NCBI GenBank assembly: GCA_012522585.1
Contig: JAAYKD010000069.1
Span: 1,602 to 65,601, forward strand
Reading direction: 5' to 3'
From: Bacillota bacterium
GTDB taxonomy: Bacteria > Bacillota > JAAYKD01
DNA: 64,000 nucleotides
In this document: in pieces, positions 18,484 to 30,810 of the stretch
How positions within the stretch are numbered: position 1 is the first letter of the stretch
Layout of the letters: each line of letters begins with the position of its first letter
Made by a program: the position numbers and the translations under genes
Notes under the pieces: model-generated
What the model saw: only the letters and a program-made list of their open reading frames with translations
Told to the model about the DNA's origin: nothing
The model's database searches: none

Positions 18484-18855
18484 TCTCAATTTGTCAACAA
18501 AATTATTTGTTCTCCTGAGAGCTATCCGACTAACTATAAATGCTTTTCTTAAAAGCATCTAACCAGGAGCAAAATTATATGTTTATTTTTAAAACAGATT
18601 TTTGATAATCCTTAGATGCTAAATGAAATTTAAATTCTCAGACTCAACAATCTATTCTTCTAGAATCTTATCAGACTCACTATCAGTGCTTTCTAAATAC
18701 TTTAAACAAGAAAGGAAAACTACTGCTTCTATTTACTATGCAATTTCTCAATAGTTATTAAGTGTCAACTTAACTTCAGAATTCTCGGAGAGTAGGTTTG
18801 AATTTTTGAAACTGCACTCTCTCGGATAAACTTACGAACCAAATAGAGAAAACCT

Positions 18856-19728
18856 TTATTTTTTGTATATTTCTTCTGCCAATTTTCGACCTGTGGGAGT
18901 AGCGGCAATACCACCCAAAGCTGTTTCTCTCAACTGCATGGGTAACATCTTGCCAGTTTTAAACATGGCGTCTATGACTTCATCTAAGGGGATGGGGCAA
19001 ACTTGCCCGGCTAAGGCTAAATCAGCACTCAAAAAGGCATTAATTGACTGAGAAGCATTGCGATAGGCACAGGGCAATTGAACCAGGCCAGCTATGGGGT
19101 CACAGATTAAACCCATCACATTGATCAAGGCAAAGGATGCCGCCTCAATGCACTGTTGGGGCCTTCCCCCGGCCATTTCCACAATAGCCGCAGCTGCCAT
19201 GGCCGCAGCTACCCCACATTCCGCCTGACAGCCTCCTTCTGCTCCTGAGACCGTGGCATTGCGGGTTATGATAGCTCCGATACCGGAAGCTGTTAAAAGC
19301 CCCTCTAAAACCTTTTTCTGATCAGCCCCTAGGTGTTCGGCTGCGGTCAGAATGACGGCAGGCACAATGCCACTGGCTCCGGCTGTCGGGGCTGCACAGA
19401 TCAAGCCCATGGCCGCATTAGTCTCGGAAGAAGAGAGAGCTCGAGCCATCATCAAATTTAAGACCGGTCCTAAAAAAGAATTTTCTTGACTGCTATATAA
19501 AAACTGCCTGTGAGCAACTCCGGTAATCAAGGAATGAACGGAATTCAAAGGCTCTTCCAAGGCATTTGTAGCTGATTTTTCCATGATAGAAAAAGTTTGC
19601 TTCAAACCGGCAAAGACTTCTTCCTCTGTTTTCTCCGTCAGCTTCATTTCACTTTGCAAAACCACAAAAGAAAGAGGCTTATTTTCCTCTATTGCTCTTT
19701 GCAGTAATTCCTGAACATCTGTGTACAT
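18856..19728 (-). CDS. sdaAA: L-serine dehydratase, Fe-S dependent, alpha subunit
   Basis: Conserved Cys-rich core (..GGCQAECGVAAAMAAAA..). Positioned after the beta subunit. Confidence 0.9.
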   Translation of the reverse strand: MYTDVQELLQRAIEENKPLSFVVLQSEMKLTEKTEEEVFAGLKQTFSIMEKSATNALEEPLNSVHSLITGVAHRQFLYSSQENSFLGPVLNLMMARALSSSETNAAMGLICAAPTAGASGIVPAVILTAAEHLGADQKKVLEGLLTASGIGAIITRNATVSGAEGGCQAECGVAAAMAAAAIVEMAGGRPQQCIEAASFALINVMGLICDPIAGLVQLPCAYRNASQSINAFLSADLALAGQVCPIPLDEVIDAMFKTGKMLPMQLRETALGGIAATPTGRKLAEEIYKK

Positions 19729-19744
19729 ACGATTCCTCCTTAAA

Positions 19745-20410
19745 CTACAAAGCGTTGATGATGATGACGCTGTTCACCTGAGGTATGCTTCTCAAGATTT
19801 TTCCCACTTCAGCGGGTATTTGCTCATCGGTTTCAATGATACAGGAAGCTATGCTGCCGCGATTTTTACGGCTGACTTTCATCACACCGATATTGATATC
19901 CAAAGCAGCTAAGACAGAAGTTATTTTGTTGATAACCCCTTGCCTATCCTGTTGGGTGATCAGCAAAGTGGGTGAAAGAGCTCGATATTCTGTGGCAAAA
20001 CCATCGATTTCGCTGATAATTATCTGAGCACCTCCTAAAGAGGAGCCGATGATGGTGTTTTTTTGTCCATCTTCCAGATGAAAGATCATTTTGACTGTAT
20101 TCTCATGAACCCCTTCCAATTCTATGGGCTGGAAACTGTAGGTTAAACCCTTTTTTTCGGCCAATATAAAAGCTTGAGGCAGTCTTTCATCATCTTCTTT
20201 TAAACCCAGAGCTCCGGCGACCAAAGCCCTATCGGTGCCATGGCCTTTATAAGTCTGGGCAAAGGAACCATGAAGATAAAAATCAACCCGTTTAAAATCA
20301 CATCCCACGATCTGTCTGGCTATATAAGCTAAACGAGCAGCCCCGGCGGTGTGAGAACTGGATGGCCCGATCATGATAGGACCCAAGACATCAAAGATGC
20401 TAATATGCAC
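19745..20410 (-). CDS. sdaAB: L-serine dehydratase beta subunit (with C-terminal ACT-like domain)
   Basis: MHISIFDVLGPIMIGPSSSHTAGA N-terminus is characteristic of SdaAB. Confidence 0.9.
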   Translation of the reverse strand: MHISIFDVLGPIMIGPSSSHTAGAARLAYIARQIVGCDFKRVDFYLHGSFAQTYKGHGTDRALVAGALGLKEDDERLPQAFILAEKKGLTYSFQPIELEGVHENTVKMIFHLEDGQKNTIIGSSLGGAQIIISEIDGFATEYRALSPTLLITQQDRQGVINKITSVLAALDINIGVMKVSRKNRGSIASCIIETDEQIPAEVGKILRSIPQVNSVIIINAL

Positions 20411-20439
20411 ACAAATAACCCCTTTCTAACTGATCTCAT

Positions 20440-21441
20440 TTAAATTAAATCTTGCAAATAGGAATAGCCCTGGGCTTCCAACTCCTCGGCAGGAATGAAT
20501 CTCAAGGCTGCACTATTGATACAATAACGGTTGCCTGTAGGTGAAATTGGATCATTTTCAAAGAGATGGCCCAGATGGCTATCGCCACTGCGACTTCTGA
20601 CTTCTATTCTCTCCATGAAGAAGCTGCGGTCTTTTAAGTAAACAACGACATCCTGATCGATGACCCGAGCAAATGAGGGCCAACCGGAACCACTGGCAAA
20701 CTTATCCCGGGAGGAAAACAATGGTTCACCGGTTATTATATCAACATAGAGGCCTTTTTCAAAATGCTTATCGTATTGATTTTGATGAGGTGGTTCCGTG
20801 CCATTCTTCTGCGTCACCTCATACTGTAATTGAGTCAGCATCGATTTGATTTGTTCTTCTTCTGGCTTGGGATAATGACCGGGATCGATTAAGAAGGACT
20901 CGGCTTCTTTCAAGGCAGAGAAGGGAATGTGACAATATCCCCTGGGGTTTTTGTTCAAATAATCTTGATGATATTCCTCTGCATCAAAAAACCTCTGTAA
21001 AGGCTCCAGCTCCACATGGAAGCTTTTGCTTCTTCCTTTAACCACGGAAAAAATTCTTTCAATGGTGGGTAAATCTTCCAAATCAGAATAGTAAACACCA
21101 CTTTGATATTGACTGCCAAAATCAGGACCTTGATAATTTTTAGCTCCTACATCTATAACTTTAAAAAAAGTGAAGAGGATGCCATCTAAGGTGATTAGCT
21201 TGGGGTCATACTCCACTCGCACCGTTTCACGATAATCTGTATTTCCTCGTATGACCAAATTGTAGTTGGGAGTTATAGCTTGATTACCATTGGCATAACC
21301 GCTGCTGGTCGCTAGTACTCCGGGTAAATTCTGCATCAGCTTTTGAACTCCCCAAAAGCATCCGCCGGCTAAATAAATCCGCTTTATTCCAGGCTTCTCT
21401 TGATAGCCCTGATCAAGAATATCCCTTTGCATATTTTTCAC
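20440..21441 (-). CDS. msrAB: Bifunctional peptide methionine sulfoxide reductase MsrA/MsrB
   Basis: MsrA GCFWGVQ in the N-terminal half. Msr[10 protein letters not shown] and CINSAAL in the C-terminal half. Confidence 0.9.
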   Translation of the reverse strand: MKNMQRDILDQGYQEKPGIKRIYLAGGCFWGVQKLMQNLPGVLATSSGYANGNQAITPNYNLVIRGNTDYRETVRVEYDPKLITLDGILFTFFKVIDVGAKNYQGPDFGSQYQSGVYYSDLEDLPTIERIFSVVKGRSKSFHVELEPLQRFFDAEEYHQDYLNKNPRGYCHIPFSALKEAESFLIDPGHYPKPEEEQIKSMLTQLQYEVTQKNGTEPPHQNQYDKHFEKGLYVDIITGEPLFSSRDKFASGSGWPSFARVIDQDVVVYLKDRSFFMERIEVRSRSGDSHLGHLFENDPISPTGNRYCINSAALRFIPAEELEAQGYSYLQDLI

Positions 21442-22754
21442 TCCTTTTCTATACGGCTTGCTCTGACGATCCCCTCTTCGACACTTTCAGCCTTCAGATC
21501 GAGCAAAAGCCCACCTATGGGCAAATCACTCTGCCAAGGCACTCTCACTCTTAAATATTCTGAACTATAGCCTTCAGCTTCCTGCTTTTTAGGATCGTAA
21601 CTTTCCAAAAGCACGGACAAGTTTCGGCCCAAAAAACCTTGGGCAAAATCCAATGCCATTTCATTTCCTAATTGACGCAGTTGCCGGCTGCGTTTTTCTT
21701 TTTCTTCTTTGACTACCTGAGGTTTCAAGGTAACTGCCTTAGTTCCGGCTCTGGCAGAAAATCGAAAGACATGCATGCGGGAAAATTCCAGCTCAGCGCA
21801 AAACTCGTAGGTAGATTCTGCATCCTCTTGGCTTTCCTGAGGAAAACCAACTATAACATCGGTGCTGATGGCTATATCGGGTATAGATGACCTGATATTT
21901 TTGACCAATTGACGATAATAAGCAGTATCGTAGCGTCTATTCATATTTTTCAAAACAGAATCACAGCCACTTTGCAGAGGGATATGGAGATGGCGACAAA
22001 TTTTATCTGTACTGGCCATCAGTTCAATCAATTCAGCATCCAGGTCGGTGGGCTCCACCGAAGATAAACGCACTCTTTCCAGTTTTGGAATTTTGATCAG
22101 TAATTTTAAAAGATAAGCTAAATTTTTCTTCTCCTGAAAATCCTGGCCCCAGGCTGAAAGATGAATCCCTGTGAGAACCAGCTCCTTATAGCCTGCCTCG
22201 GCGTATCTTTGAGCTTCCGCAACTATATTGGCAGCCTCGCGGCTTCTTTCAGGCCCTCTCAAATAGGGAATAATACAATAACTGCAAAAATTATTGCAGC
22301 CTTCCTGAATTTTAATCATCGGGCGAGTATAATTGGCGACTTCAAAGCCTTTCATCTCTTCAAACTCTTCATTATCTGCAAAGGGGCGAACTAAGTTTGA
22401 ATCCAACTCTTCCCCTTCAACCAAGAGCAGATTATCTAAAAACTCCTGTCTTTCCATTGTGCCGACTACATACTTGACTCCGGGGAACTGAGCCAGCTTG
22501 GTCGACTCCATCTGGGCATAACAGCCCATGACTATTATTTCCGCTTCTGGATTTCGACGGTGAGCTGCATTGATCTGCTGACGAGATTTAGCTGCTGCCT
22601 GAGCCGTGACAGCACATGTATGAACTATGTAAAGATCAGCTTGTTTATTCCAAGGCCCCAGATCATATCCGGCTACCTTCATCTGCTCCGCTATGGAATC
22701 GCTTTCATATTGATTGACTTTGCAGCCTAAGGTAAAAATAGCTGCTTTTTTCAT
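21438..22754 (-). CDS. mtaB: tRNA (t6A37) methylthiotransferase MtaB (radical SAM MTTase)
   Basis: MTTase N-terminal domain ([12 protein letters not shown]). Radical-SAM CNNFCSYC. Synteny prmA-rsmE-mtaB as in Bacillus (yqeT-U-V). Confidence 0.85.
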   Translation of the reverse strand: MKKAAIFTLGCKVNQYESDSIAEQMKVAGYDLGPWNKQADLYIVHTCAVTAQAAAKSRQQINAAHRRNPEAEIIVMGCYAQMESTKLAQFPGVKYVVGTMERQEFLDNLLLVEGEELDSNLVRPFADNEEFEEMKGFEVANYTRPMIKIQEGCNNFCSYCIIPYLRGPERSREAANIVAEAQRYAEAGYKELVLTGIHLSAWGQDFQEKKNLAYLLKLLIKIPKLERVRLSSVEPTDLDAELIELMASTDKICRHLHIPLQSGCDSVLKNMNRRYDTAYYRQLVKNIRSSIPDIAISTDVIVGFPQESQEDAESTYEFCAELEFSRMHVFRFSARAGTKAVTLKPQVVKEEKEKRSRQLRQLGNEMALDFAQGFLGRNLSVLLESYDPKKQEAEGYSSEYLRVRVPWQSDLPIGGLLLDLKAESVEEGIVRASRIEKE

Positions 22755-23500
22755 CTTTGAACCTCCATTTGCCCATATTGATATAAAGTGATGGCAGTTA
22801 AAACCACGGCAGCTGTTTCACTGCGCAGTATCCGGGGCCCTAAAGCAACGGCTTTTCCTCCTGCTTCGGTTAGAAGCTCTGCCTCTCTCTGGCTAAATCC
22901 CCCTTCAGGTCCAACAATCAGGGCAATCTTCTCAGAATTTTCATGGGCTTCATACAATTTTTTTAAATTTTTCTCTTTTTCCTCTTCCCAAGCAAAGACG
23001 ACTAAATCAAACTGCTGCAAAATATTGGCAAGTGAAATTAAATCTGTAGGTGGGAAAACTTGAGGAATCATCTGCCTTTGGGATTGTTCCGCTGCTTCCT
23101 TGACTATTCTGCGCCAGCGCTCCAGTTTTTTACTGTCCCTATCCTCATTATATTTGAAGACAGTGCGCTCTGATAATAAAGGCTGAATGGCTTTGACACC
23201 CAACTCCGTGCATTTTTGCAGGATATAAGGCCAACGATCCCCTTTGGGAATGGCTTGAATCAAGGTGATCTCGAGCTCTGGCTCTTTATTCTCAGTGAAG
23301 CTCTCGGTGATTTCTCCATAGGCTTGATTTTTACCCAGATAACTCAAAACCACCTGATGGGTTTGACCCTCAGGATCAATACAAAGAATGGAATTGCCCT
23401 TTCTCAAGCGCAAGACTCTGGTCGCTTGATGGGCAAATTCCCGATCAAAATTTATTTTATTGCCTCGTATTTGTTCATTGGTAATAAAAAATCTCTGCAT
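22751..23500 (-). CDS. rsmE: 16S rRNA (uracil1498-N3)-methyltransferase RsmE
   Basis: MQRFFI.. start overlapping the prmA stop (TAATG), with RBS AAGGA. The listed ORF starts 10 codons upstream, inside prmA. Confidence 0.85.
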   Translation of the reverse strand: MQRFFITNEQIRGNKINFDREFAHQATRVLRLRKGNSILCIDPEGQTHQVVLSYLGKNQAYGEITESFTENKEPELEITLIQAIPKGDRWPYILQKCTELGVKAIQPLLSERTVFKYNEDRDSKKLERWRRIVKEAAEQSQRQMIPQVFPPTDLISLANILQQFDLVVFAWEEEKEKNLKKLYEAHENSEKIALIVGPEGGFSQREAELLTEAGGKAVALGPRILRSETAAVVLTAITLYQYGQMEVQR

Positions 23501-24438
23501 TATTCCTTTTGGGCAATGATGCTCACCCATTCACCTTCCTCTTTAATTTCTAAAACTTCTAAGGACTCTTCCTTTATCATGAGAACGACTTCTTCTTTAC
23601 GGCTATTAATAATGCCTCCGGAAATGAATATTCCCTGAGGTAAGAGCAGTTCTCTGACCTGAGCTAGAAGGCTTAAAATTGCATCAGCCACAATATTGGC
23701 GACGATTAGATCCACAGGTTCCTTGACTTGATCTGCCAAATTACCTTCAATCAGATTCACTTTTCCTGTCAAACCATTCAATTTAAGGTTCTGACGGGCA
23801 CTGGCTATGGCTAAGGGGTCATTGTCCACAGCAATCAAATTTCCAGCTCCCAATTTGGAGGCTGCAATGGTTAAAATTCCAGAACCACAACCTATATCCA
23901 AAAAGCTAGCTCCTCTAGGCAAATACTCTTCCAGGGCCTGTAAGCACAATTTTGTGGTTGGATGCATGCCGGTGCCAAAGGCTAAACCCGGATCTAACAC
24001 AATTTCCAGATCATTTTGTTCTAAAACAAAGTCTTCCCAATGAGGCCTGATGACTAAACTTTTACCCAGGCGGAAAGGCTTATAATATTGCTGCCAAGCC
24101 GTGGCCCAATTCTCATCCTCCACCTGAAAAACTCTGACCCTAGAGGAACCGGCATCGAGGCCATAGCTGTTTAAAAGAGCTGCTTGAGCTTTGATCTCCT
24201 CAAAGAGAGCAGGGAATTTTTCACTATCCTGAAACCATCCCCTGACTTGGGCTTCAGCATCAGGGTCCACCGGGGGCTTTGCTTCCACATAATCCCAACT
24301 ACCTTTTTGATTTTCCACTTTAGTCAAGGCAAAAGGATCATCAATGGCTACTCCCTTAGCTCCCGCTTCCAACAAAATTGCTGAGGCTGCTTCTATAGCC
24401 TCATCTCTGACCGAGATGGTAATTTCCAACCAATTCAT
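23500..24438 (-). CDS. prmA: Ribosomal protein L11 methyltransferase
   Basis: SAM motif LDIGCGSGIL. Synteny after dnaJ. Confidence 0.9.
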   Translation of the reverse strand: MNWLEITISVRDEAIEAASAILLEAGAKGVAIDDPFALTKVENQKGSWDYVEAKPPVDPDAEAQVRGWFQDSEKFPALFEEIKAQAALLNSYGLDAGSSRVRVFQVEDENWATAWQQYYKPFRLGKSLVIRPHWEDFVLEQNDLEIVLDPGLAFGTGMHPTTKLCLQALEEYLPRGASFLDIGCGSGILTIAASKLGAGNLIAVDNDPLAIASARQNLKLNGLTGKVNLIEGNLADQVKEPVDLIVANIVADAILSLLAQVRELLLPQGIFISGGIINSRKEEVVLMIKEESLEVLEIKEEGEWVSIIAQKE

Positions 24439-24512
24439 CTTATTTTCTCCTCTACATACAAAAAAGGCTGCGGTTTAAGAACAACTTAAACCTAACAGCC
24501 TTTTTTAAACAA

Positions 24513-25664
24513 TCACTTGAGAATATCCTTCATTTTGCTAAAAAACCCTTTGCCTTTAGCAATTTCTTCCTCACCCATGGAAAGAGCGAATTGGGTCAGG
24601 GCTTCTCTTTGTTTATCGTTTAACTTTTTGGGTATTTCAATCTTAACCTGAACTTGCATGTCGCCGCGGCCATAACCGCCTAAATTAGGGAAACCCTTAC
24701 CTCGCATCCGGAAATGAGTTCCAGACTCTGTGCCTGCGGGAATTCGCAAGGATGCTGTGCCTTCTAATGTCGTCACCTTGACCTCTTCGCCGATGACAGC
24801 TTGAGTAAAGGTAATGCTGGCATCTGTATAAATATCGTCACCACGACGCTCGAAATCCTTATGGGGTCTGACAGAAACCACGACATAGAGATCACCGTTG
24901 GGGCCATTGCGCTCTCCAGGCTCTCCTTCGCCATTTAAGCGCAGACGTCGGCCGTGTTCGATACCGGCAGGAACCTTGACTTTGACAGGTCTGGTTTTAC
25001 GGACCCGACCGCTGCCGCTACAAGTGGTGCAAGGTTCTTTGATGATCTGTCCCGTGCCTTGACAATTGCTACAGGTTCGGACACTCATCATATTGCCCAA
25101 CATGGTCTGCTGCACAGTTTGAACTTGACCGCTGCCATTACAGACCGGACAGGTTTCAACTTTACTTCCCGGTTTAGCACCGCTGCCCGAGCAAGTCGAA
25201 CAATGTTCTTCTCTTTGAATCTGTATTTCTTTTTCAACTCCGAAATAGCTCTCTTCAAAGGTTATGGTCAAATTGACCCTCAGATCGTTTCCTTTGACCG
25301 GGCCGGTATGTGCCCTTTGGCCCATCCCACCCATGCCACCGGAGAAAAATGTTTCGAATATATCGCTGATATCGCCAAAGCCACTGCCTCCAAAGCCGCC
25401 TCCATAGGAACCGTAGCCACCGCCCATTCCCTGTTCAGGATCAAAGGCCGCATGACCATATTGATCGTAAAGACTGCGCTTTTGGCTATCTGAGAGAACA
25501 TCATAAGCTTCTTTTACTGCTTTAAATTTTTCGGCAGCTGATGGGTCATCAGGATTGGCATCAGGATGTAGCTCCCGGGCCAATTTGCGATAGGCTTTTT
25601 TGATAGTCGCCTCGTCTGCATTTTTATCAACGCCCAGCAGCTGATAATAGTCTTGTTTTGCCAT
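24513..25664 (-). CDS. dnaJ: Chaperone DnaJ
   Basis: J-domain with HPD. G/F-rich region. Four CxxCxGxG zinc-finger repeats. Confidence 0.97.
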   Translation of the reverse strand: MAKQDYYQLLGVDKNADEATIKKAYRKLARELHPDANPDDPSAAEKFKAVKEAYDVLSDSQKRSLYDQYGHAAFDPEQGMGGGYGSYGGGFGGSGFGDISDIFETFFSGGMGGMGQRAHTGPVKGNDLRVNLTITFEESYFGVEKEIQIQREEHCSTCSGSGAKPGSKVETCPVCNGSGQVQTVQQTMLGNMMSVRTCSNCQGTGQIIKEPCTTCSGSGRVRKTRPVKVKVPAGIEHGRRLRLNGEGEPGERNGPNGDLYVVVSVRPHKDFERRGDDIYTDASITFTQAVIGEEVKVTTLEGTASLRIPAGTESGTHFRMRGKGFPNLGGYGRGDMQVQVKIEIPKKLNDKQREALTQFALSMGEEEIAKGKGFFSKMKDILK

Positions 25665-25727
25665 TATTCAACATCCCTTCAGAGCAAAACCGGCTATTCA
25701 AAAAAGATTCATCGGTTTTTGCTTGTT

Positions 25728-27548
25728 TTATTTTGGATCCTCCGGATCAATTTCATATTCTGCGTCGACGACGGTATCGCCATCTTCTGTTTTTTCTTCC
25801 TCAACAGGAGCTTCTCCTTGTTGGTCTTCGTAAATCTTTGAGCTCAAAGTGTATAGATGCTGGTTCAAAGCTTCAGATGCTTCTTTGATGGCTTCTAAAT
25901 TATCGCCTTTTAAAGCTTCTTTAACTTTTTCTATGGCTGCTTCAACTTCAGCTTTTTCTTCCGGACTCAATTTGTCGCCCAGATCATTGATGGTCTTCTC
26001 AGTTTGATAGACTTGGTTGTCAGCTTGGTTGCGCAGTTCAACTTCTTCTTTCTTTTCTTTGTCGGCTGCCGCATTGATTTCGGCTTCCTTGACCATGCGA
26101 TCGATTTCTTCATCGCTTAAATTAGTTGAAGCGGTGATGGTAATATGCTGTTCTTTACCGGTGCCTTGGTCTTTGGCTGTTACATTGACAATGCCATTGG
26201 CATCGATATCGAAGGTGACTTCAATTTTCGGAACACCTCTGGGTGCTGTAATGATTCCGTCCAACATGAATCTGCCTAAGGTTGTATTATGAGCTGCCAT
26301 TTCTCTTTCACCCTGCAAAACATGAATCTCTACAGAGGTTTGACCATCAGCAGCAGTGGAGAAAATCTGAGATTTCGAAGTGGGAATAGTTGTATTGCGA
26401 TCGATCAGACGGGTGAAGATTCCGCCTAAGGTTTCCAAACCTAAAGAAAGCGGAGTCACATCTAAGAGAACCATACCTTTAACGTCACCTGAGAGAACTC
26501 CGGCTTGAATGGCTGCACCTTCCGAAACAGCTTCATCAGGGTTGACTCCTCTAAAGGGTTCTTTGCCTAAGAACTTATCGATTGCTTCTTGCACGGCAGG
26601 TATTCTGGTTGAACCACCGACTAAAATAATTTTATCCACCTGGTTGGGGGTCAAATCGGCATCTTTTAAAGCCTGGCGAACAGGTCCCATGGTCTGTTCC
26701 ACTAGATCAGCAGTCATTGCATCGAATTTAGCCCTGGTCAAGGTCAGATCCAGATGTTTAGGACCGCTGGCATCTGCTGTGATAAAGGGTAAATTGATAT
26801 TAGCCGTGAGCAAACCGGATAATTCAATTTTAGCTTTTTCTGCCGCTTCTTTCAAGCGTTGCATGGCACTGCGATCCTGGGAGAGATCGATACCACTATC
26901 TTTTTTAAATTCTGCTACCAACCAATCGACGATTCTCTGGTCGAAATCGTCACCGCCTAAGCGGGTATTGCCATTGGTCGATTTAACTTCGACCAAGCCT
27001 TCACTGATTTCCAAAATGGAAACGTCGAAGGTGCCGCCGCCTAGGTCATAGACCATGATGACTTGATCCTCTTCTTTATCCATGCCAAAAGCTAAGGCTG
27101 CAGCTGTAGGCTCGTTGATGATCCGCATAACTTCTAAACCAGCGATGGCTCCTGCATCCTTGGTAGCCTGTCTTTGTGAGTCGTTAAAATAAGCAGGCAC
27201 TGTAATTACAGCTTTATCAACTTTAGTACCCAAATAAGATTCGGCATCTTCTTTGAGTTTGCGTAAGATCATGGCAGTTATTTCTTGTGGGGTATAGGTT
27301 TTATCGTCGATGGTAACTTTATAATTGCTGCCCATCTCCCTTTTGATTGAACTGATCGTATGATCCGGATTGGTGACCGCTTGTCTTTTGGCAATCTGCC
27401 CGACCATACGCTCATCGCCTCTAAATGCCACAACAGAAGGGGTTAGACGACTACCTTCGGCATTGAGGATGACTGTAGGTTGTCCGCCTTCCATGACGGA
27501 AACCACAGAGTTCGTTGTTCCAAAGTCAATTCCAATTATTTTGCTCAT
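25728..27548 (-). CDS. dnaK: Chaperone DnaK (Hsp70)
   Basis: [18 protein letters not shown], and a C-terminal EEDK tail. The ORF track begins at GTG. The likely start is ATG (MSKIIG..) with a GGGAG RBS. Confidence 0.97.
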   Translation of the reverse strand: MSKIIGIDFGTTNSVVSVMEGGQPTVILNAEGSRLTPSVVAFRGDERMVGQIAKRQAVTNPDHTISSIKREMGSNYKVTIDDKTYTPQEITAMILRKLKEDAESYLGTKVDKAVITVPAYFNDSQRQATKDAGAIAGLEVMRIINEPTAAALAFGMDKEEDQVIMVYDLGGGTFDVSILEISEGLVEVKSTNGNTRLGGDDFDQRIVDWLVAEFKKDSGIDLSQDRSAMQRLKEAAEKAKIELSGLLTANINLPFITADASGPKHLDLTLTRAKFDAMTADLVEQTMGPVRQALKDADLTPNQVDKIILVGGSTRIPAVQEAIDKFLGKEPFRGVNPDEAVSEGAAIQAGVLSGDVKGMVLLDVTPLSLGLETLGGIFTRLIDRNTTIPTSKSQIFSTAADGQTSVEIHVLQGEREMAAHNTTLGRFMLDGIITAPRGVPKIEVTFDIDANGIVNVTAKDQGTGKEQHITITASTNLSDEEIDRMVKEAEINAAADKEKKEEVELRNQADNQVYQTEKTINDLGDKLSPEEKAEVEAAIEKVKEALKGDNLEAIKEASEALNQHLYTLSSKIYEDQQGEAPVEEEKTEDGDTVVDAEYEIDPEDPK

Positions 27549-27574
27549 TTTATACACTCCCGTTTCTTTTTATC

Positions 27575-28141
27575 TTAATTTTTTATTATATGTGCAACCT
27601 GTACCATAGAGGCACGGATTACTTTCTCTTTTAACATATAGCCTTTGCGCAAAACCATGGTCACTGTATTGTCTTCTACCCCTTCAGGTGCGGGACAGGT
27701 TGTTACAGCTTCATGAAAATTAGGATCGAAGGGCAAATTTAAAGCTTCAATCTCCTGCAATCCTTCATTGGTCAACAGGTTGATCAGCTGACGGTAGATC
27801 AATTCAACCCCGGCTAAATAGCTTTCTTCATATTGACTATCCGTTTCAGCCGCTTCAATTGCTCTTTCAAAATCATCGATAATTGGCAGCATCTGGGTAA
27901 TCAATTTCTGAGCTGCATATTCGCTCAATTCTTCTTTTTCCCGGGCTGAGCGCCTGCGGAAATTGTCAAAATCCGCTTGCAGACGCATTGTTCTGGCTTC
28001 GGCTATTTTTAATTTTTCAGCAAATTCTTCTAAAATGTCTACTTCTTCTTGAAGCTCCTCCTCGGGAGGCATAACCTCAGGGGTTATTGCTTCTTTTTCT
28101 TCGACTTGAGAATTTTTATCATCCTTTTTCCTTAGAAACAA
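27575..28141 (-). CDS. grpE: Nucleotide exchange factor GrpE
   Basis: Acidic N-terminus and a GrpE C-terminal beta domain. Lies between dnaK and the chaperonin gene. Confidence 0.9.
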   Translation of the reverse strand: MFLRKKDDKNSQVEEKEAITPEVMPPEEELQEEVDILEEFAEKLKIAEARTMRLQADFDNFRRRSAREKEELSEYAAQKLITQMLPIIDDFERAIEAAETDSQYEESYLAGVELIYRQLINLLTNEGLQEIEALNLPFDPNFHEAVTTCPAPEGVEDNTVTMVLRKGYMLKEKVIRASMVQVAHIIKN

Positions 28142-28195
28142 TTAGGCTCATTCCTTTCTTCAAGCAATAGTTGGCAACCAGATAAATATGATTGA

Positions 28196-29734
28196 CTAGT
28201 ATTCAGGGCTTTGATCTTTCTTTTTGATAATGGTATCAATGCGTAAAATTGCTTCAGCTACCTCACCGGCAGCTTTTAAAGCGTGTAATTTTACTAAAGT
28301 CGGATCTAAAATACCCTGCAAACTCAAATCTTTAACTTCGCCGCTATCGCAATCAATTGTGAGATTTTCATTTTTCTCTTCAGATTGAGCAGCTAAAACT
28401 TCTTCGATCTTCTCTAAAGGATTATATCCAGCATTATGGATAATTTGAGCTAAGGGACGTTTTAAAGCTTCTACCACAATATCCAAACCATAGGCAGACA
28501 TGCCTTTGAGTTGGTCTCTCAAGGGAGCTATGTGCCGAGCTGTGGCGATTTCCACTGCTCCACCTCCGCTGACCACTCCACCTTTGACCGCAGCCTGCAC
28601 AGCTGAAGCTGCATCCCGAGCGATTCTTTCTCGCTCTCCGACCACGGCTGATGTGGAAGCACCTACCAGAATAGTAGCTGTCTTCTGCCCTTGTCCTCCC
28701 AAAATTCGGAGATAACCCAATTTTTTATCATGAATAACCGAATCCGCTTGGCCTAAAAGACCCTTTAACTCAGTCAACTCTCTTTTTAAAGCATTTCTTT
28801 TAATGGGTTTGGCTCCGCTATGTTCTGCTATTTGACGCAGACTGCGCCTCAAGACCCTGGTCACTACCATGATACCAGCATCTGTCAAAACCTCCTCAGC
28901 TAAAGGATGGAGATTTTTATCAGTTAAAATGAGGTCAACTTCCAATTGGAGAATTCTTTCCAGCATCTGCTTAAACTCATTCTGCAATTCCATATAGCGG
29001 GCAAAGCCACTTTCGGTTGTCAGGGCCTCATCGTCTATTTCCTCAGGCTCTAGTGCGTCATCGATTAAAAGTATGCGAGCCTTTTCCACTTTTTCCGGCA
29101 TATCCTTGTTTAAAGGCTCTTTCTCTAAGATGATGCCAGCAAACACCTCGTTTTCTGCACCCTCTTTGGCCAAAATCAATTGGGAGAGTTTAAAATCTTC
29201 TTCTTCCAATTTTTCTTTTCCAACCAAAAGTGCTGCTTGCACAGTCAGATCGGCAATGTCTTCATGTTCACGACCGGCTACCAGAGCTATTTGTTTTAAA
29301 ATCTTCTCATCTAAAGTGAGCATAGCTTGACTGGATTGAGTGATATAACTCCTAGCCTCTTGCAGGCCAAAGCGCATACCATCGATAATTCGAGCCACCG
29401 GAACGCCCCGGTAGACATGTTCAGCACCTGCTGAAATCAAGGCATTGGCCATAATGGTGGCTGTGGTCGTGCCGTCGCCAATCTCCTCCTGTTGGGCTTT
29501 AGCAACATTGATTAAAAGCTGAGCTGCCGGATGAGTCACATCCATTTTTTCTAAAATGGTCACGCCGGCGTTGGTGATCAAAACATCGCCGTAGCGATCA
29601 ACCAGCATGGTATCCAAGCCTTTGGGACCAATAGTCCCTTCTACAGCCGCTGCAACAGCTCTGATCGCCGCCGCATTGTTGGCCAAGGCTCCGCTTCTCT
29701 CATCCATTTCTCGATTGGGTGCACTATTTGCCAT
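28196..29734 (-). CDS. Group II (thermosome/CCT-type) chaperonin subunit, 512 aa, embedded in the hrcA operon
   Basis: TCP-1/thermosome signatures LGPKGLDTMLVD, GDGTTTA (rather than GroEL-type motifs), and an apical/equatorial domain layout. AAGGAG RBS. Only 14 bp separate it from the hrcA stop. Confidence 0.8.
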   Translation of the reverse strand: MANSAPNREMDERSGALANNAAAIRAVAAAVEGTIGPKGLDTMLVDRYGDVLITNAGVTILEKMDVTHPAAQLLINVAKAQQEEIGDGTTTATIMANALISAGAEHVYRGVPVARIIDGMRFGLQEARSYITQSSQAMLTLDEKILKQIALVAGREHEDIADLTVQAALLVGKEKLEEEDFKLSQLILAKEGAENEVFAGIILEKEPLNKDMPEKVEKARILLIDDALEPEEIDDEALTTESGFARYMELQNEFKQMLERILQLEVDLILTDKNLHPLAEEVLTDAGIMVVTRVLRRSLRQIAEHSGAKPIKRNALKRELTELKGLLGQADSVIHDKKLGYLRILGGQGQKTATILVGASTSAVVGERERIARDAASAVQAAVKGGVVSGGGAVEIATARHIAPLRDQLKGMSAYGLDIVVEALKRPLAQIIHNAGYNPLEKIEEVLAAQSEEKNENLTIDCDSGEVKDLSLQGILDPTLVKLHALKAAGEVAEAILRIDTIIKKKDQSPEY

Positions 29735-29748
29735 ATTCGTTTTCTCCT

Positions 29749-30777
29749 TTATCCCTTGTTAAAAATATCGGTCAACAACTTGCTAACTTCTCTGACTGCT
29801 GTCATGGCTCTGGCATAATCCATTCTGGTTGGCCCTAAAACGCCAACCCAGCCCACCGGAGCACCATTCCATCTATACAGAGCAGTGACTAAACTACAAT
29901 TTTCAACTTCTTCCAATTGGTTTTCAGAACCAATGGTGACCTGAACATTGTCGGTGAATTGCTTTTCACCTACTAAAGAAAGCATTGCTTCGCGATGATC
30001 TAAAAGTTTTAAAATACTACGAACCCTATTGACATCCTGAAATTCAGGTTGCACTAAAATGCGCGCCGTCCCGCCTAAATAAATATCAGCGGTACTCTCA
30101 CCCAACAGAAGTTCTTGGATCAATTCAACTACTTGGTCGAATTGTTCGATGCGGCGACCAATATCCTGGCGCACATTGAGAATTCCACTTTTTAACATCT
30201 GATTCCAGGTTACATTATAGAAATTACGGTTAATATAATCGCTAATACCATCTAAATCGCTTTGCTCTATATCATCGGGTAAATTGATCATCCGGTTGGC
30301 GACAAGACCATTGTCGGATACCACAACTACCAGAGCTTTACCTTTTTGAACTTCCATCATATGAAGTTTTTGTAAACGACTACTGCCTGCTTGGGGCCCG
30401 GAGGCCAAAGCCATGTAATCGGTCAGTGAGGATAAGAGGTGAGCTGCTTCTTGAATCACATTTTCTAAGACTTGAGCCTGTTGATGATATATTTGTTTGA
30501 TAGCTTGAACTTCCTGCTCACTTAGGGTTGCTTCATCTAAAAGATTGTCAACGTAAAAACGATAACCACTTTCTGAGGGAATACGTCCGGCTGATGTATG
30601 AGGCTGGTGTAGAAAACCCATTTCTTCTAAATCGGCCATTTCATTGCGAATTGTTGCGGCACTGATATCCATCAGATAGCGTCGTGCTATCGTTCTGGAG
30701 CCCACAGGTTCGGCTGTGAGTATGTAGTCGCGCACAATTGCTTGCAGTATCTTTTGTTTCCGTGCATCCAAACTCAC
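29749..30777 (-). CDS. hrcA: Heat-inducible transcription repressor HrcA
   Basis: N-terminal wHTH (ILQAIVRDYI..EPVGSRTIA). HrcA family length. A CIRCE element lies upstream. Confidence 0.93.
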   Translation of the reverse strand: MSLDARKQKILQAIVRDYILTAEPVGSRTIARRYLMDISAATIRNEMADLEEMGFLHQPHTSAGRIPSESGYRFYVDNLLDEATLSEQEVQAIKQIYHQQAQVLENVIQEAAHLLSSLTDYMALASGPQAGSSRLQKLHMMEVQKGKALVVVVSDNGLVANRMINLPDDIEQSDLDGISDYINRNFYNVTWNQMLKSGILNVRQDIGRRIEQFDQVVELIQELLLGESTADIYLGGTARILVQPEFQDVNRVRSILKLLDHREAMLSLVGEKQFTDNVQVTIGSENQLEEVENCSLVTALYRWNGAPVGWVGVLGPTRMDYARAMTAVREVSKLLTDIFNKG

Positions 30778-30810
30778 GCAAATCCCCTGCCTTTTAAAAA
30801 AATATAGTTG